This document shows positions 33,518 through 43,847 of a DNA stretch of 64,000 nt, one piece after another. Position 1 is the stretch's first letter. Every line of letters starts with the position of its first letter. Location: positions 186,001 to 250,000 of IMG/VR virus record IMGVR_UViG_3300027963_000035; one strand, given 5' to 3'. The position numbers and the translations under genes are program-made. The notes below the pieces were generated by a model. That model made no database searches and was not told the origin of the DNA. It saw nothing but the letters and a program-made list of their open reading frames with translations.

Positions 33518-34396
33518 TCAAACCGTACCGGAAGGAAACTCGAGTGTTTCAAAAACACTTTCAAGTTCTTCTGATAATCTTCCTTTGATTACTTCGACTG
33601 CATATTGATAAAGAAATTCTGGACTAGTCTTGATGACTTCTTCTGCTTCAATCCATCTTCCTTTAATTACATCTTTAGCGTAACCACAGGCATACTCTGG
33701 ACTAGTTTTTATGGTTTCTTCTGCGTCAACCCAGCGACCTTCGATTACGTCTCTAGCATAATAATAGGCATATCGTGGATCAGTTTTAATAATCCCTTCT
33801 GATTCGATCCATCTGCCTTTAATTATATCTTTGGCGTAAAGATACATATAGTGGATTAAAACCCTCTCAGCTTCAATCCATCTATCTTTTAGGACATCTT
33901 TGGTGTAATAGTAAACATATGCAGGACTAGTTTTAATAATTTTTTCTGCTTCAATCCAGCGATCTTTAATTATATCTCTAGCATAGAGATAGGCATAATA
34001 TGGGTCAGTCTTAATAATCTCTTCTGCTTCATTCCAACGATTTTTAATTACATCTCTGGAATAAAGATAAGCATACTGGGGATCACTCTTGATAATCTCT
34101 TCGCACTCAATCCACCGTCCCTTGATAACATCTTTGGCATAATGATGGATATATTCTGGACGGCTATTCTTTATGATTTCTTCAACTTCAATCCACCGGT
34201 CTTTAATTACATCCCTAGCATAGCAGTAAGCATAATATGGTTCTGTCTTAATAATTGAAAACAAAGCTGTCTTTTGAATATTGTTGGGCTTTTCCCCATT
34301 AATCATAGTTCCATTTTTAATGAAACAATCAACATCCTCATAAGTAACGTTTGAGATGAACTGGTGATATTTTTCTGAGTAACTAGTCATTTTCAC
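33518..34396 (-). CDS. Tandem 24-aa helical repeat protein
   Basis: About 9 copies of IIKTxPxYAYxYARDVIKxRWIEAE. Confidence 0.8.
   Translation of the reverse strand: MKMTSYSEKYHQFISNVTYEDVDCFIKNGTMINGEKPNNIQKTALFSIIKTEPYYAYCYARDVIKDRWIEVEEIIKNSRPEYIHHYAKDVIKGRWIECEEIIKSDPQYAYLYSRDVIKNRWNEAEEIIKTDPYYAYLYARDIIKDRWIEAEKIIKTSPAYVYYYTKDVLKDRWIEAERVLIHYMYLYAKDIIKGRWIESEGIIKTDPRYAYYYARDVIEGRWVDAEETIKTSPEYACGYAKDVIKGRWIEAEEVIKTSPEFLYQYAVEVIKGRLSEELESVFETLEFPSGTV
33521..33540 (-). promoter_or_regulatory. Conserved promoter-like motif (11)
   Basis: aaccgtaccggaaggaaact, forming the last codons of the repeat gene. Confidence 0.7.
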
Positions 34397-34456
34397 CTCA
34401 CAACTCTATTTCAGCTTCAACTTGATAGTCAGATATCATTTTGGTTCTGCTTTTGT

Positions 34457-34645
34457 TTATCCCGGTATTTCACTCTCTAATCTATACAGCATTTCAAACA
34501 AAGGATCAAAATTTCCTTCATTCACTAAATCAATAGGTTTTTTACCGTTAAAAGCTTTATTTGGGGTTTGCAACCAATCGTTTGCATATTCTTCCTTAAC
34601 AATAGAAGATAGCCTTTCTTTGAATTCAGTAAATTTTTCGGTCAT
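34457..34645 (-). CDS. Xre/MbcA/ParS-type antitoxin C-terminal domain protein
   Basis: ANDWLQTPNKAFNGKKPIDLV; start ATG 34645. Confidence 0.72.
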   Translation of the reverse strand: MTEKFTEFKERLSSIVKEEYANDWLQTPNKAFNGKKPIDLVNEGNFDPLFEMLYRLESEIPG

Positions 34646-34664
34646 TGTTTTTTTCTTTGGCCAG

Positions 34665-34764
34665 GGCGAATGGGTGGAATCGAACCACCACAAGGGCATT
34701 TGTTTGCCTACTCTGCTGTCGCAGTTCGGAACTTCCCTCACGCTACCACTACGCTACATTCACC
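34665..34764 (-). ncRNA. tRNA-like RNA with expanded or replaced anticodon domain
   Basis: 8-bp GGTGAATG/CATTCGCC stem, D-loop AGTGGTA, T-arm GGTGG-TTCGATT-CCACC; sigma70-like promoter TTTACA-16-TATACT 7 nt upstream. Confidence 0.65.
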
Positions 34765-35127
34765 ATGATGAGTATAATCAAAAATTTTATTTTGTAAAGA
34801 TCTTCACTTCCTATTATACCTTTTAGTCATGTCAATATTTTTATAACTATCTTTAAGAAGACCTTCAAATATATCAAGTGAACATTCGTAAATTAATGGC
34901 GAAAGAGATAAAATAAAAAGTACAACCATTAATATCGATGCAACTTCTACACCAAATATAAAAATATTAAAAAAATATACTGGAAAAAGTAAAATCATGA
35001 ATAACATAAAGAGTTTAGAAGATCTGTCTCTTCGACGCCATTTCATATTGCATCGAAAATTTTCGTTTTCTTCGATTAAACGGTCTAATTCAGGAACGTC
35101 ACTCATTTTTTGCTCCAAGCTCCATTA

Positions 35128-35240
35128 TTTGGCCGTTATTTTGGCCACTTTCCCGAGCGGGAAATTTTCTAGTATTTTGGCTTAAAATTACCATAAATGT
35201 ACCGAGCGGGAAAATTCACTTTGGCCGTTATTTTGGCCAC
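35128..35240. repeat. Intergenic direct and inverted repeat cluster
   Basis: tttggccgttattttggccac x2 (35128, 35220); ccgagcgggaaa x2 (35153, 35202). Confidence 0.7.
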
Positions 35241-36934
35241 ATCTATGAGGTTTTTAATGTTTTTCCCATTGTTCTCTCGTCCAATTGATATCGTATTTAT
35301 ATTTATGCTTCTTAGCTAGATCTAGGAAATCTTTTATACATACAAATAAATTATAGTGATCACTAGAGTTAACTTGACCCCATAGAGGCAAACCAAAGCA
35401 TTTTGAACTACAGATATCTTTTATTTCTTTTATTTTAAATATGTTACAAACAATATAAATCAATTCAAAATTGCTTTCGTAATAAAATTTTTCTAGGGCA
35501 CCGGTTTTTTTTATTTTGTTAAATTCTTTGAATCTTTTAGCATACTCTAACCTATTTTGCGGCAAAGAAGAGTCAGCAGAAATATTACAAACTCTTTTGC
35601 ACAAAACATGGTTTCTATACTCACTGTTTTTGGAAATTTCTTTCCAAGAATCTTCACCAAATAAAGAAGGTAGTTCGGATTCTTTGACTCCAAAATAAAA
35701 AACCAAAGGTAAATGATTTTTTATTTTAACCTGCTTTAATAGATCTACTGTCTCACTGAGTCTATGAACTTTATCGGCGCTTGGTTTTCTTTTTAAATTA
35801 AAACAAAACTTTGTAAAAAGATATGGGTCTACAACCCAAATCTCCTTCATTTTTGAATTTATGATTTTTCTAGCGGTAGAGGCGGTTATTCCATATTCTT
35901 CTTTAAAAGAACTGTAATTATTTTTTATTAAGTAGGCACGATGTACTTTTGATAAAACATCTTTTTCAACAAAAGAAAAGAGAGGATTTTTAGATTTAAA
36001 TTCTTCTTCAGTTAATTGCTTTTCATGCCAAGGCCGAGAAAGTGATTGAAGCACTAGTTTTGTGCTAAAGTAGAAAAAAGTATCCCATTTGCGAATAACT
36101 TTATTTTTATGAATAGCAACCACAGATTTACCTTCTGTGGTGATTTTGATTTTTTCATCCATGTTATTCCTCTAAAGTAATGTGTTTAGGCCTATTGTTT
36201 CACTTAATTCTTTTCCGTTGCCATCAACAAACTTACAGATTTTATATTTCATTAGTTACTATCCTTTCTCCAAAAAAGAAATTAAATACAATATTGAAAC
36301 GAATGTTGTTCCTTCAACTATAGGAAATAGTGCAAAATAAATGGGGTATTTATTATTAACAAACAAAGACATTATTCCACAAACTAAACAAACTACTGGA
36401 AAACTTAAAAACAAAAATGATACTATATGATTCGATATTTTTTCATTTTTTCGCCCAATGTTAAATCTTAATGATCTTCTTATTGTTTGCTCCATACAAA
36501 AACCCAAATTATATTCATCAAAACTATTGGAAGTGTAAATATTGATGCAAATAGTCCTGCAACTACGATAGATCCAAAACCATCAAAATCATTATGAACC
36601 TCGGGATTACATCCCTCTAATATGCAAAAAATTCCAAAAAACCAAGATATTAATAACGCAAGTTCCATTCCATACATAGGCATAATTGGAGGAAAATCAA
36701 CATTTGTTGGTTTTGTTAACAAGCAAAACAAACAAAACCCAATATATATTAACAAAAAACCCCATACAATTTTTTTCATTTTTTATCCAACTGTTCAGCA
36801 AACTCCCAAGGAACATGATACTTATTATATAAGTCTACTACTCTCTTTGGAATGTATCCTTCATCTTCGCCGTATGCTTTTATTATCTCATGTAACGCTT
36901 CAATAATTTCGTCTTTATTCATAATTAAAACTTT

Positions 36935-37534
36935 TTATTCAATCCAATTATTTTCAATAATTTCATAAATTAAATCTTTTTGCTTGTCAGTAAACTTCCA
37001 TCTTATATTAACATTTTTATCTGCCCAATCTTTGGGATTGCTACCTTTTTCTTTTGACATAGCCATCCAATCTGCACACATTTCTGCAACATCAATGTCT
37101 GGCATCTTTGTTGCATCTACTATTTCTTTGGGTGGCTTATCACGGTTTTCTCTGTTAATTAACCCTGTTTTTGTTGGGCCATGATATTCAGGATGATGCG
37201 AATTGGTTGTTATATGATGTAAAGTAGCCTCTGACATTTTATCTAAAATTTCTTGAGGCACTTTAAATTCTTTATTATCATCTTTGCACTTGTATTGCCA
37301 AGAAATGAAAAGATAAGGAGTATATTCTGGTTCTTCAAATTTACTATCATCATGAACCTTTTTTCGTTCTTTTAGCTCAGAAAACCTATTTGGATCATAC
37401 TCTGCAATTTTATTGCAAAATTTTCCTACTAAATCTATATGGTATTTTGTTCGTTTATCAAAATGATCTTTCATTTCCTGTGTAATCATCTGATTATTTT
37501 TATTTTTATCCAACCATTCGTTGAAATTTTTCAT
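36935..37534 (-). CDS. HD-like phage protein (DUF5662-like)
   Basis: HDDSKF, HHITTNSHHPEYH, EMCADW. Confidence 0.6.
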   Translation of the reverse strand: MKNFNEWLDKNKNNQMITQEMKDHFDKRTKYHIDLVGKFCNKIAEYDPNRFSELKERKKVHDDSKFEEPEYTPYLFISWQYKCKDDNKEFKVPQEILDKMSEATLHHITTNSHHPEYHGPTKTGLINRENRDKPPKEIVDATKMPDIDVAEMCADWMAMSKEKGSNPKDWADKNVNIRWKFTDKQKDLIYEIIENNWIE

Positions 37535-37721
37535 TTTTATTTCCTATTTCATTTATAAGTTATACGTTTATAGTCTGACATCAGAAACAACTTCATAGGT
37601 AGTATGACAAAGTTTCTTTGCTTCTGCAAGTTCTTTTACAATTTCCTTTGAGCGATTATGCCAATAGGTCACATTATTTTTTGCAACATCGGCATTTTCA
37701 TAACGAATAGCATGACAGTTT

Positions 37722-37847
37722 CTCCACAACCAGAAAAATAAAGGATCTTTTTGTTGAACAAAACTCCACAACCAGAAAAATAAAGGATCTTTTTGTTGAA
37801 CAAAACTCCACAACCAGAAAAATAAAGGATATTTTTGTTGAACAAAA
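37722..37847. repeat. 42-bp coding tandem repeat x3
   Basis: Encodes FVQQK(D/Y)PLFFWLW x3 in ORF 37568..38140. Confidence 0.85.
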
Positions 37848-38809
37848 AATCCACGAAATTCTCCATTGCTGTAGTACTGCTCGACAACTCTAAATTTGAT
37901 TTTTTTATAAACTTCTACAACCCTATTTTTAAAGGGTTTAAATATATATTCATTTTTTTGAGCTTCATCAAGAGTAATAGGATAGAAATGACAATCTTTA
38001 TACAGCCAAAAAAATAATGGATTTTGTTTTTGGATAAAATATCCAGTAGATCCAGAGGGATAAATTCTTTTAATAATTCTAGTGCGATTGAACATTTTAT
38101 TTACCTCTTGTAATATGTTGTTTAGTGGTTTAATTTTCATTTTTTTAATATCTCTTTTTTATAATATTCTAGGTATTCAATAGCCCAAATATCTTCTTGC
38201 TTCCACCTGTCGATGTCCGTTTCTTTAGACCAATTTTTATATTCATCTGAGTCGTAGTTTTTATTTTTTAATATATCAATAGCCTGTTCTATTGTTGAGT
38301 TCTTAGAAAATGCACTCATGATCTTACGTGCCGTTCCTCCCCAATGTTTTAAGTTGGGTGTGCTATCTATTCCAAGATGTTCTTCCGCATAGCATTTTGC
38401 ACAAGTTTGAGGCTCATAAACACAATCTCCACAATGACTACTTTGTAGTTCTTCTATAAAATATTTTATAGATTCTTCGTCGTATTTTGTTTCGATAAAT
38501 TTTTCAGAGATATCACGTAATTTATTTTGGATATTATCTAAATTAGTTTCTTTTTTTTCTCTTATATCAAATTCAATCCAAGAAACACTTTCTCCAATCA
38601 TGTCCCATTTGTATTTCCAAAACAATAACTGTTTTTCAGTATCGTCAAGAAATACTTTACTTGCTAATGGGTTTTCATTATATTCTATTTTCATTTTCTA
38701 ATTTCTCAAGCCTTTTGTAAATTTTTTTAAATCTAAAGGCAGTTGCCCAAGAATCTATGTAAAGGTAAGCAATTATCATTATATAAAAATATTTAAATGA
38801 TTCAATCAT

Positions 38810-39160
38810 TTAAATAAATAGGGAAAGATCAATTCCCTTGTCTCTTTCTAAATTATGAGCATAAGCAGTTAAAGTACCGTCTGGCTTTTTGTCATTAATT
38901 AAAATTCTTGAGCCTGTAGGAATTCCGCAAACAATTAGATCAAATTTAAGGTTGTGATATTGAAGAAATTTTTCTATTCTTTCTTTGTCTTCACAAGTTC
39001 GTGCAGTGGTAATAATTACAAAATCTTCTTCTTTTACTATTTCTTCAAAGAAAGATTTTGTAGTTGAAAGAATAAAGTCTTCTGAACTCATGTGGCTTTT
39101 TTGAGTCACAAGAGTGCCATCAAAATCTATGAACCATGTTTTAGGTTGATTTTTAGTCAT
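38810..39160 (-). CDS. HAD-family phosphatase-like protein
   Basis: FIDFDGTL, ITTAR, LINDK. Confidence 0.72.
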   Translation of the reverse strand: MTKNQPKTWFIDFDGTLVTQKSHMSSEDFILSTTKSFFEEIVKEEDFVIITTARTCEDKERIEKFLQYHNLKFDLIVCGIPTGSRILINDKKPDGTLTAYAHNLERDKGIDLSLFI

Positions 39161-40956
39161 TATAATTCCAACATTCTACTTTTTTAATTTGATTTGATTT
39201 ATCAAACCATTTATCTCCTTCAATGTATTTGTTTGCTTCTTCTACATTAGAAAGTTTAAGAATAACTCTATAAGAACGTAGTCCAATTTTTTCAAATGTA
39301 TCCAAATAACGCCAAAATAACCACCCCTTTTTCTTGACTTGATACCATTCTTTTCCGTTACCATCAACAAATTTACAAATTTTGTATTTAGTCACTTTTC
39401 TACCCAGGGTCTTGCGAGTAATAAGCCGGTGTTCGATCATCTTGCAGAAAATCGTATTGCGATGCAATTACAGCAAAATATATCCCTAATGAGCCGTTTT
39501 TTGATCTTCTTCCTTCACAACATCCATAAATATTTTTTTCTAAATCATTGTAAAAATTATACCTCAGTGATTGATCTACAAAATATTTCATTTCTTCTAT
39601 AATGTTTGATTTATGATGATCCATCTTACAAAATGGAATGTAAATATTTAATTTTTTTGCTCTTTCTAGCATTTCAGACTTAGAAATAACACACAAATTT
39701 TTTCCTTTGTATATTGTCTGGTGTTCTTTAGTTCTTAAATATGCACCGTATGAATTTTTAAAAACTAAAATTCCAGCCATTGTTGGCAACAAAGATTTAA
39801 TAAGACTTCTTCTGTTCATTTCTTTTCTCCTTGGTTGTTTTTTTCCATCTCAGAGTTTACTTCACCCTTCAGCATAACTAAATCCAATCTAATATTTTTT
39901 ACATCTTCACTTATTTTGTATGAAATAAAAGTCATTATGAATGCCAACATCATAATGATAATCGTGATAAATAAAATAATTGCTTTAAGTAATTTATCGT
40001 TTTCGTTCATTTCTTGTCTCCGTATATAAATTTCCACTCTGATAAGTCTGTATCAACACCAGCAGCATCCCTAATACCATAAATGGTCTTGGGATCATGG
40101 TCGTATTTATGATTACGAATTTCTTTGGTTATTCTGAAGTTCATAATAGGTTGTGTTCTTTAAGAGTTTGATATAAATTTTTTACTTCTTTTTCGTCCAG
40201 CCTTATTTCGCTGGGGTCAGTATTGTTATAACTAAATACTCTGACCAAGTAAGGTTTATTTTTCAAAAACTCATTATAATGAATCTCAACAATATCATAT
40301 TCAAGATTCAGAGTTCTTACTAGAGTTTGCATTTAAAACTCTTAGCGATATGCCGCTCATTGAACATTGTATATGTCAAATGGGCCAAAGAATCCTCTTT
40401 CTATGATTTGATTGACAAACAATTTAATATCCTCAATAGAAGGGTTTCCTGTTTCATTTTCAACTTCTATTGTTATTAGAGTTTTCATAATTTTTCTTAT
40501 ATTAAAACCTAATCACTTTATAATCATTACCAACTTTACAGTTTATACTTCCATGCAAACCTGGGAGGATGATATTAGCAATGATTAACTCTGCCCCAAT
40601 TACTTTATTCTTACTGTAGACTTCTTGGGCTATTTTAACATCTTCTAAAGAGGCAGGACGAGATCCTCTTTCATTAAAGTCTTTGATAACCTTAGTTCTA
40701 TTCTCATCATTAGAACTTGAGCAATCGTCTAAGATTTTTTCTTCTTCTTCTGAAAACTTTGGAGAAAGTCTTTCAATCCATTTATCATCTATCAAACAAA
40801 GGCATCGTGTCATTTTCCCTCCTTGGAAAAATGTTAGTGGGTGCTAATAGCATACCAGAAATTTTTGTTTCGTCAATAGAAAGTTACATCATGATTGAAT
40901 TTATTTATAAAATTATGGTTCAATGCATATATATAAATATATTAAAGGTTCAAGTC

Positions 40957-41523
40957 ATGAAAGTAAAAGATAAAATATTAGAATTAAGGGCATTGGGATA
41001 TTCATATAAAAAAATCCAAGATGAGATCAAGTGCTCAAAAGGAACAATATCGTATCATTGTGGTGAAGGTCAAAAAGAAAAATACGCCAAAAGACGTAAA
41101 TCAAACAGATCTAAACAGCATCCTTTGATTCGCAAGATTGAAAATTTTATTTATGATAAATACTACAAACCTGTTCCGAAGAATAGGCATATTCATACAT
41201 TGCACAAAAACCTGAAGATAAGGATAGAAGGATTCTCTAGAGTTAACAAGGAGTATGCTGGCATGGAATTTACAATTAAAGATTTTTTAGATAAGGTTGG
41301 AGATAATCCAACATGCTCATTAACTGGAAAACCAATTGATTTAATGAAACCTAGAACATATCAATTGGATCATATAATCCCAAGATCTAAGGGGGGAGAA
41401 AATACTCTAAATAACTGTCAGCTTGTTCTCAAGGAAGTCAATTTAGCAAAACATACTTTAAGCTCAGAAGAGTTTGTTAAATTATGCAGAGAAGTTGTTG
41501 ATTATCACGATAGAAAAAACTAA
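40957..41523 (+). CDS. Free-standing HNH endonuclease with N-terminal HTH
   Basis: YQLDHIIPRSKGGENTLNNCQLVLKEVNLAK; TATAAATA (T4 late-promoter-like) at 40932-40939. Confidence 0.85.
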   Translation: MKVKDKILELRALGYSYKKIQDEIKCSKGTISYHCGEGQKEKYAKRRKSNRSKQHPLIRKIENFIYDKYYKPVPKNRHIHTLHKNLKIRIEGFSRVNKEYAGMEFTIKDFLDKVGDNPTCSLTGKPIDLMKPRTYQLDHIIPRSKGGENTLNNCQLVLKEVNLAKHTLSSEEFVKLCREVVDYHDRKN

Positions 41524-41562
41524 TCAAAGTTTGTAGCTCTTTATATTCAAACCAGCTTGTAG

Positions 41563-41703
41563 CTCCGTGACTTGGATTTGAACCAAGAACCATTCGATTA
41601 ATCCACTGTTTGGGCATTGAACCCAACATAAATTGCCAGCTTTTTTGAGCTTCAATTCAGTGGCTTTTTACAGTCGAACACTCTACCGTTGAGTTATCAC
41701 GGA
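41563..41703 (-). tRNA. tRNA-Asn(GUU) with a 69-nt insert in the anticodon
   Basis: TCCGTGA/TCACGGA-G acceptor, intact D and T arms, TTCGA-CTG[insert]TTAA-TCGAA. Confidence 0.8.
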
Positions 41704-41768
41704 ATAATTAGCACAAAATATTAATAGTAAATACTTTGCACTTTTCTAAACAAAACAAAAAAACAAAA

Positions 41769-42045
41769 TGACCCAGCCAAGGATCGAACTTGGAACCTAC
41801 AGCTTAGCGGTACCACTATAGTTTTCACTACCATTACTGTTTGTGGTCTGGACTTTATCTTCACCATTGTCTTTCAACTTTAGGTGTCGCCTGTTAAGTC
41901 TCTACACCTTCCTAATTGCTTAGGCTTGGCTCGGTATTAGCAGTTAAGCCTTCACCGAATTTAAGCGATTCTACATTAAAGATTTCTCTCTAAGCACTCC
42001 TATTTCACGAAGGCTGTTGCTCTTATCCAATTGAGCTACTGGGCC
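41769..42045 (-). tRNA. tRNA-Arg(UCU) with group I intron
   Basis: GGCCCAG/CTGGGTC-A, ACAGC-CTT^CTAA-GCTGT, CCAAG-TTCGATC-CTTGG. Confidence 0.9.
41808..42009 (-). ncRNA. Group I intron (IC3-like), 202 nt, after U34
   Basis: Core nearly identical to the tRNA-Leu intron; IGS TAGGAG can pair with exon CUU (P1) and CUA (P10); terminal G. Confidence 0.9.
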
Positions 42046-42869
42046 AAAAATCAACCTAAATCAAACCAAAATCAACCTTTAAACCTTTATCCCCTTTTTT
42101 ACAGTTTTAGGACTGGTTTTTTACTTGCATTTAAAATACAATTGGCAAATTGTACCAGTTCTTCAACTGAATTTCCACAGGGGTTTGCATTTGATGAACC
42201 AACGACTTCTTCATTATCATTATAGTAAACTTCTTGAATAATGAAATAGTCTTGCATTTCACCAATATTTACTACTCGGTAATCAGAGTTCACATTAACC
42301 TCCTTGATCTGCTGTTTCCTTGTATTTATTTTTCATTTCATCCGTGACTTGAAACTTTTCCAACTTCTCAAGAAAACCTAATTTTTCTTCGTTGGTTAAT
42401 GGCTGATCAATTTTATTTTTACCAAGGTCGGTGCTATAGTATGGCGTTAATGGCTTTGCGATTTCAAAGCAATTGAAAATAACTTCTGGCAAGTCCTTTG
42501 GATTCTTAACTAGCCTTTCAAGATTATTCTTGATCTTGAAAAGAGCAGAACTAAGATATGCCTTGTGATCTAGTTGATTGATATAAATTTCTTTATTTGC
42601 TTCAAATAGGCTATTCAACTTGAGAATAGTCTCTTTGATTTCCTTATCGTTATCAATGTAGGACATTTTTTGTTTTCTTTAAAATATTAATTTCGTCGGA
42701 GATTCTTCTAAATGCTTCTTTTACACTCTTGAAAAGCAGAACCTTATCTTCTGTTTTGCTATAAAGTTCGTATTCTTCATCTTTTTTTTTAATGATGAAG
42801 CCGTTATTGGTTGCGAACTTACTCAAGTCCTCAGAATTTAATTCTCTCATATTTTTTTATAATAAAAAA

Positions 42870-42968
42870 CCCCCTTGCTCGGAGTCTCGGCATATCTGGT
42901 TGTGCAGGAGAACCGTGATATGCTACGTTGACCGTGCGGGTTGAACACGGGAGACACGAGCAAGGGGG
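42870..42968. ncRNA. Three-way-junction structured RNA or extended terminator
   Basis: CCCCCTTGCTCG/CGAGCAAGGGGG plus GTCTC/GAGAC enclosing GCATATC/GATATGC and CCGTG/CACGG hairpins; T-run on the minus strand. Confidence 0.5.
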
Positions 42969-42983
42969 TGGCGGGACAAGCAG

Positions 42984-43364
42984 TTACCGTACCGAAACGG
43001 AAGTACGGCTACGACTTCTCTTGATTACATTCCCATTGAGTCGCTTGCGACTAGTCTCAACGGTATCCGTCGACTCTTTAACCTGCTGGCAGTTCTGGCA
43101 GGTTACGTTCTCGGTATGAGTGCGGGAACGGCTGAAAGCCCTTTCACGCTTGCAGCAACTATCACAGTTGTTGATGCAACCATCATTACAACTATTGCAA
43201 CTGTTGCAGCAATTAGCGATTACAACTGGCGTAGCAGTTGTAGAGGCAATGCTATCAGTCCTGAGAACCGAAACTGATGTATCGGTGCTATCAATACTTG
43301 TCTGGCCGGCATACGATCCAGCACAAACCACTAAACAAGAAACAAAACTAAGAAACTTAATCAT
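42984..43364 (-). CDS. Secreted Cys-rich protein
   Basis: Signal peptide; CCNSCNSCNDGC repeats. Confidence 0.55.
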   Translation of the reverse strand: MIKFLSFVSCLVVCAGSYAGQTSIDSTDTSVSVLRTDSIASTTATPVVIANCCNSCNSCNDGCINNCDSCCKRERAFSRSRTHTENVTCQNCQQVKESTDTVETSRKRLNGNVIKRSRSRTSVSVR

Positions 43365-43475
43365 ATCTACTCCTTTGGTTAAAAATCGTCCTCGAACAGT
43401 GAGCATTGTAGCAAAAAGAGAATCCGGGTCAAGAGAAAATTCTGGATTTTTTTGAATTAAAAGATAGATAATATT

Positions 43476-43847
43476 ATGCTAGATCTTATTTTGGACAAAA
43501 TAAATAAAAAATACCCATTCGCTAATGTTTCTGCATTTGAAGCAAAACATAACATCGAATTGGAGACCATCAGAATACCAGAGGAAAAACAAAACTCTGG
43601 AGTTGGATCAGATATAATCAGAATGTTGCAGAGTTATGCAAAAGAAGTTGATAAGCCTATTGTGATCAGACCAGAGGCAGATAAAGGCAAGAAAGAAGCT
43701 CTAAATAGATTCTACAAAAAATTAGGATTTGTAAAGAATAGTGGTCGTAATATGGATTATACTCTCAGTAGCCCAATGGCATCCACCATGTATTGGAGAG
43801 AGAGTTTTAAGAACTGGCTATTTAATATCGAAAATATAAGAGACTGA
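43476..43847 (+). CDS. GNAT-like protein
   Basis: QNSGVGSDII...LNRFYKKLGF acetyl-CoA-binding-like motifs. Confidence 0.6.
   Translation: MLDLILDKINKKYPFANVSAFEAKHNIELETIRIPEEKQNSGVGSDIIRMLQSYAKEVDKPIVIRPEADKGKKEALNRFYKKLGFVKNSGRNMDYTLSSPMASTMYWRESFKNWLFNIENIRD

Noticed and set aside
34646-34741. N-terminal extension of ORF 34457..34741 (likewise ORFs 26508..26729 and the start of 42031..42225)
   Set aside because: These overlap tRNA or tRNA-like genes and are likely spurious
41602-41670. Hammerhead ribozyme or group I intron in tRNA-Asn
   Set aside because: CUGAAUUGA is not CUGANGA, there is no GAAA core, and the insert is too short and lacks P7 elements
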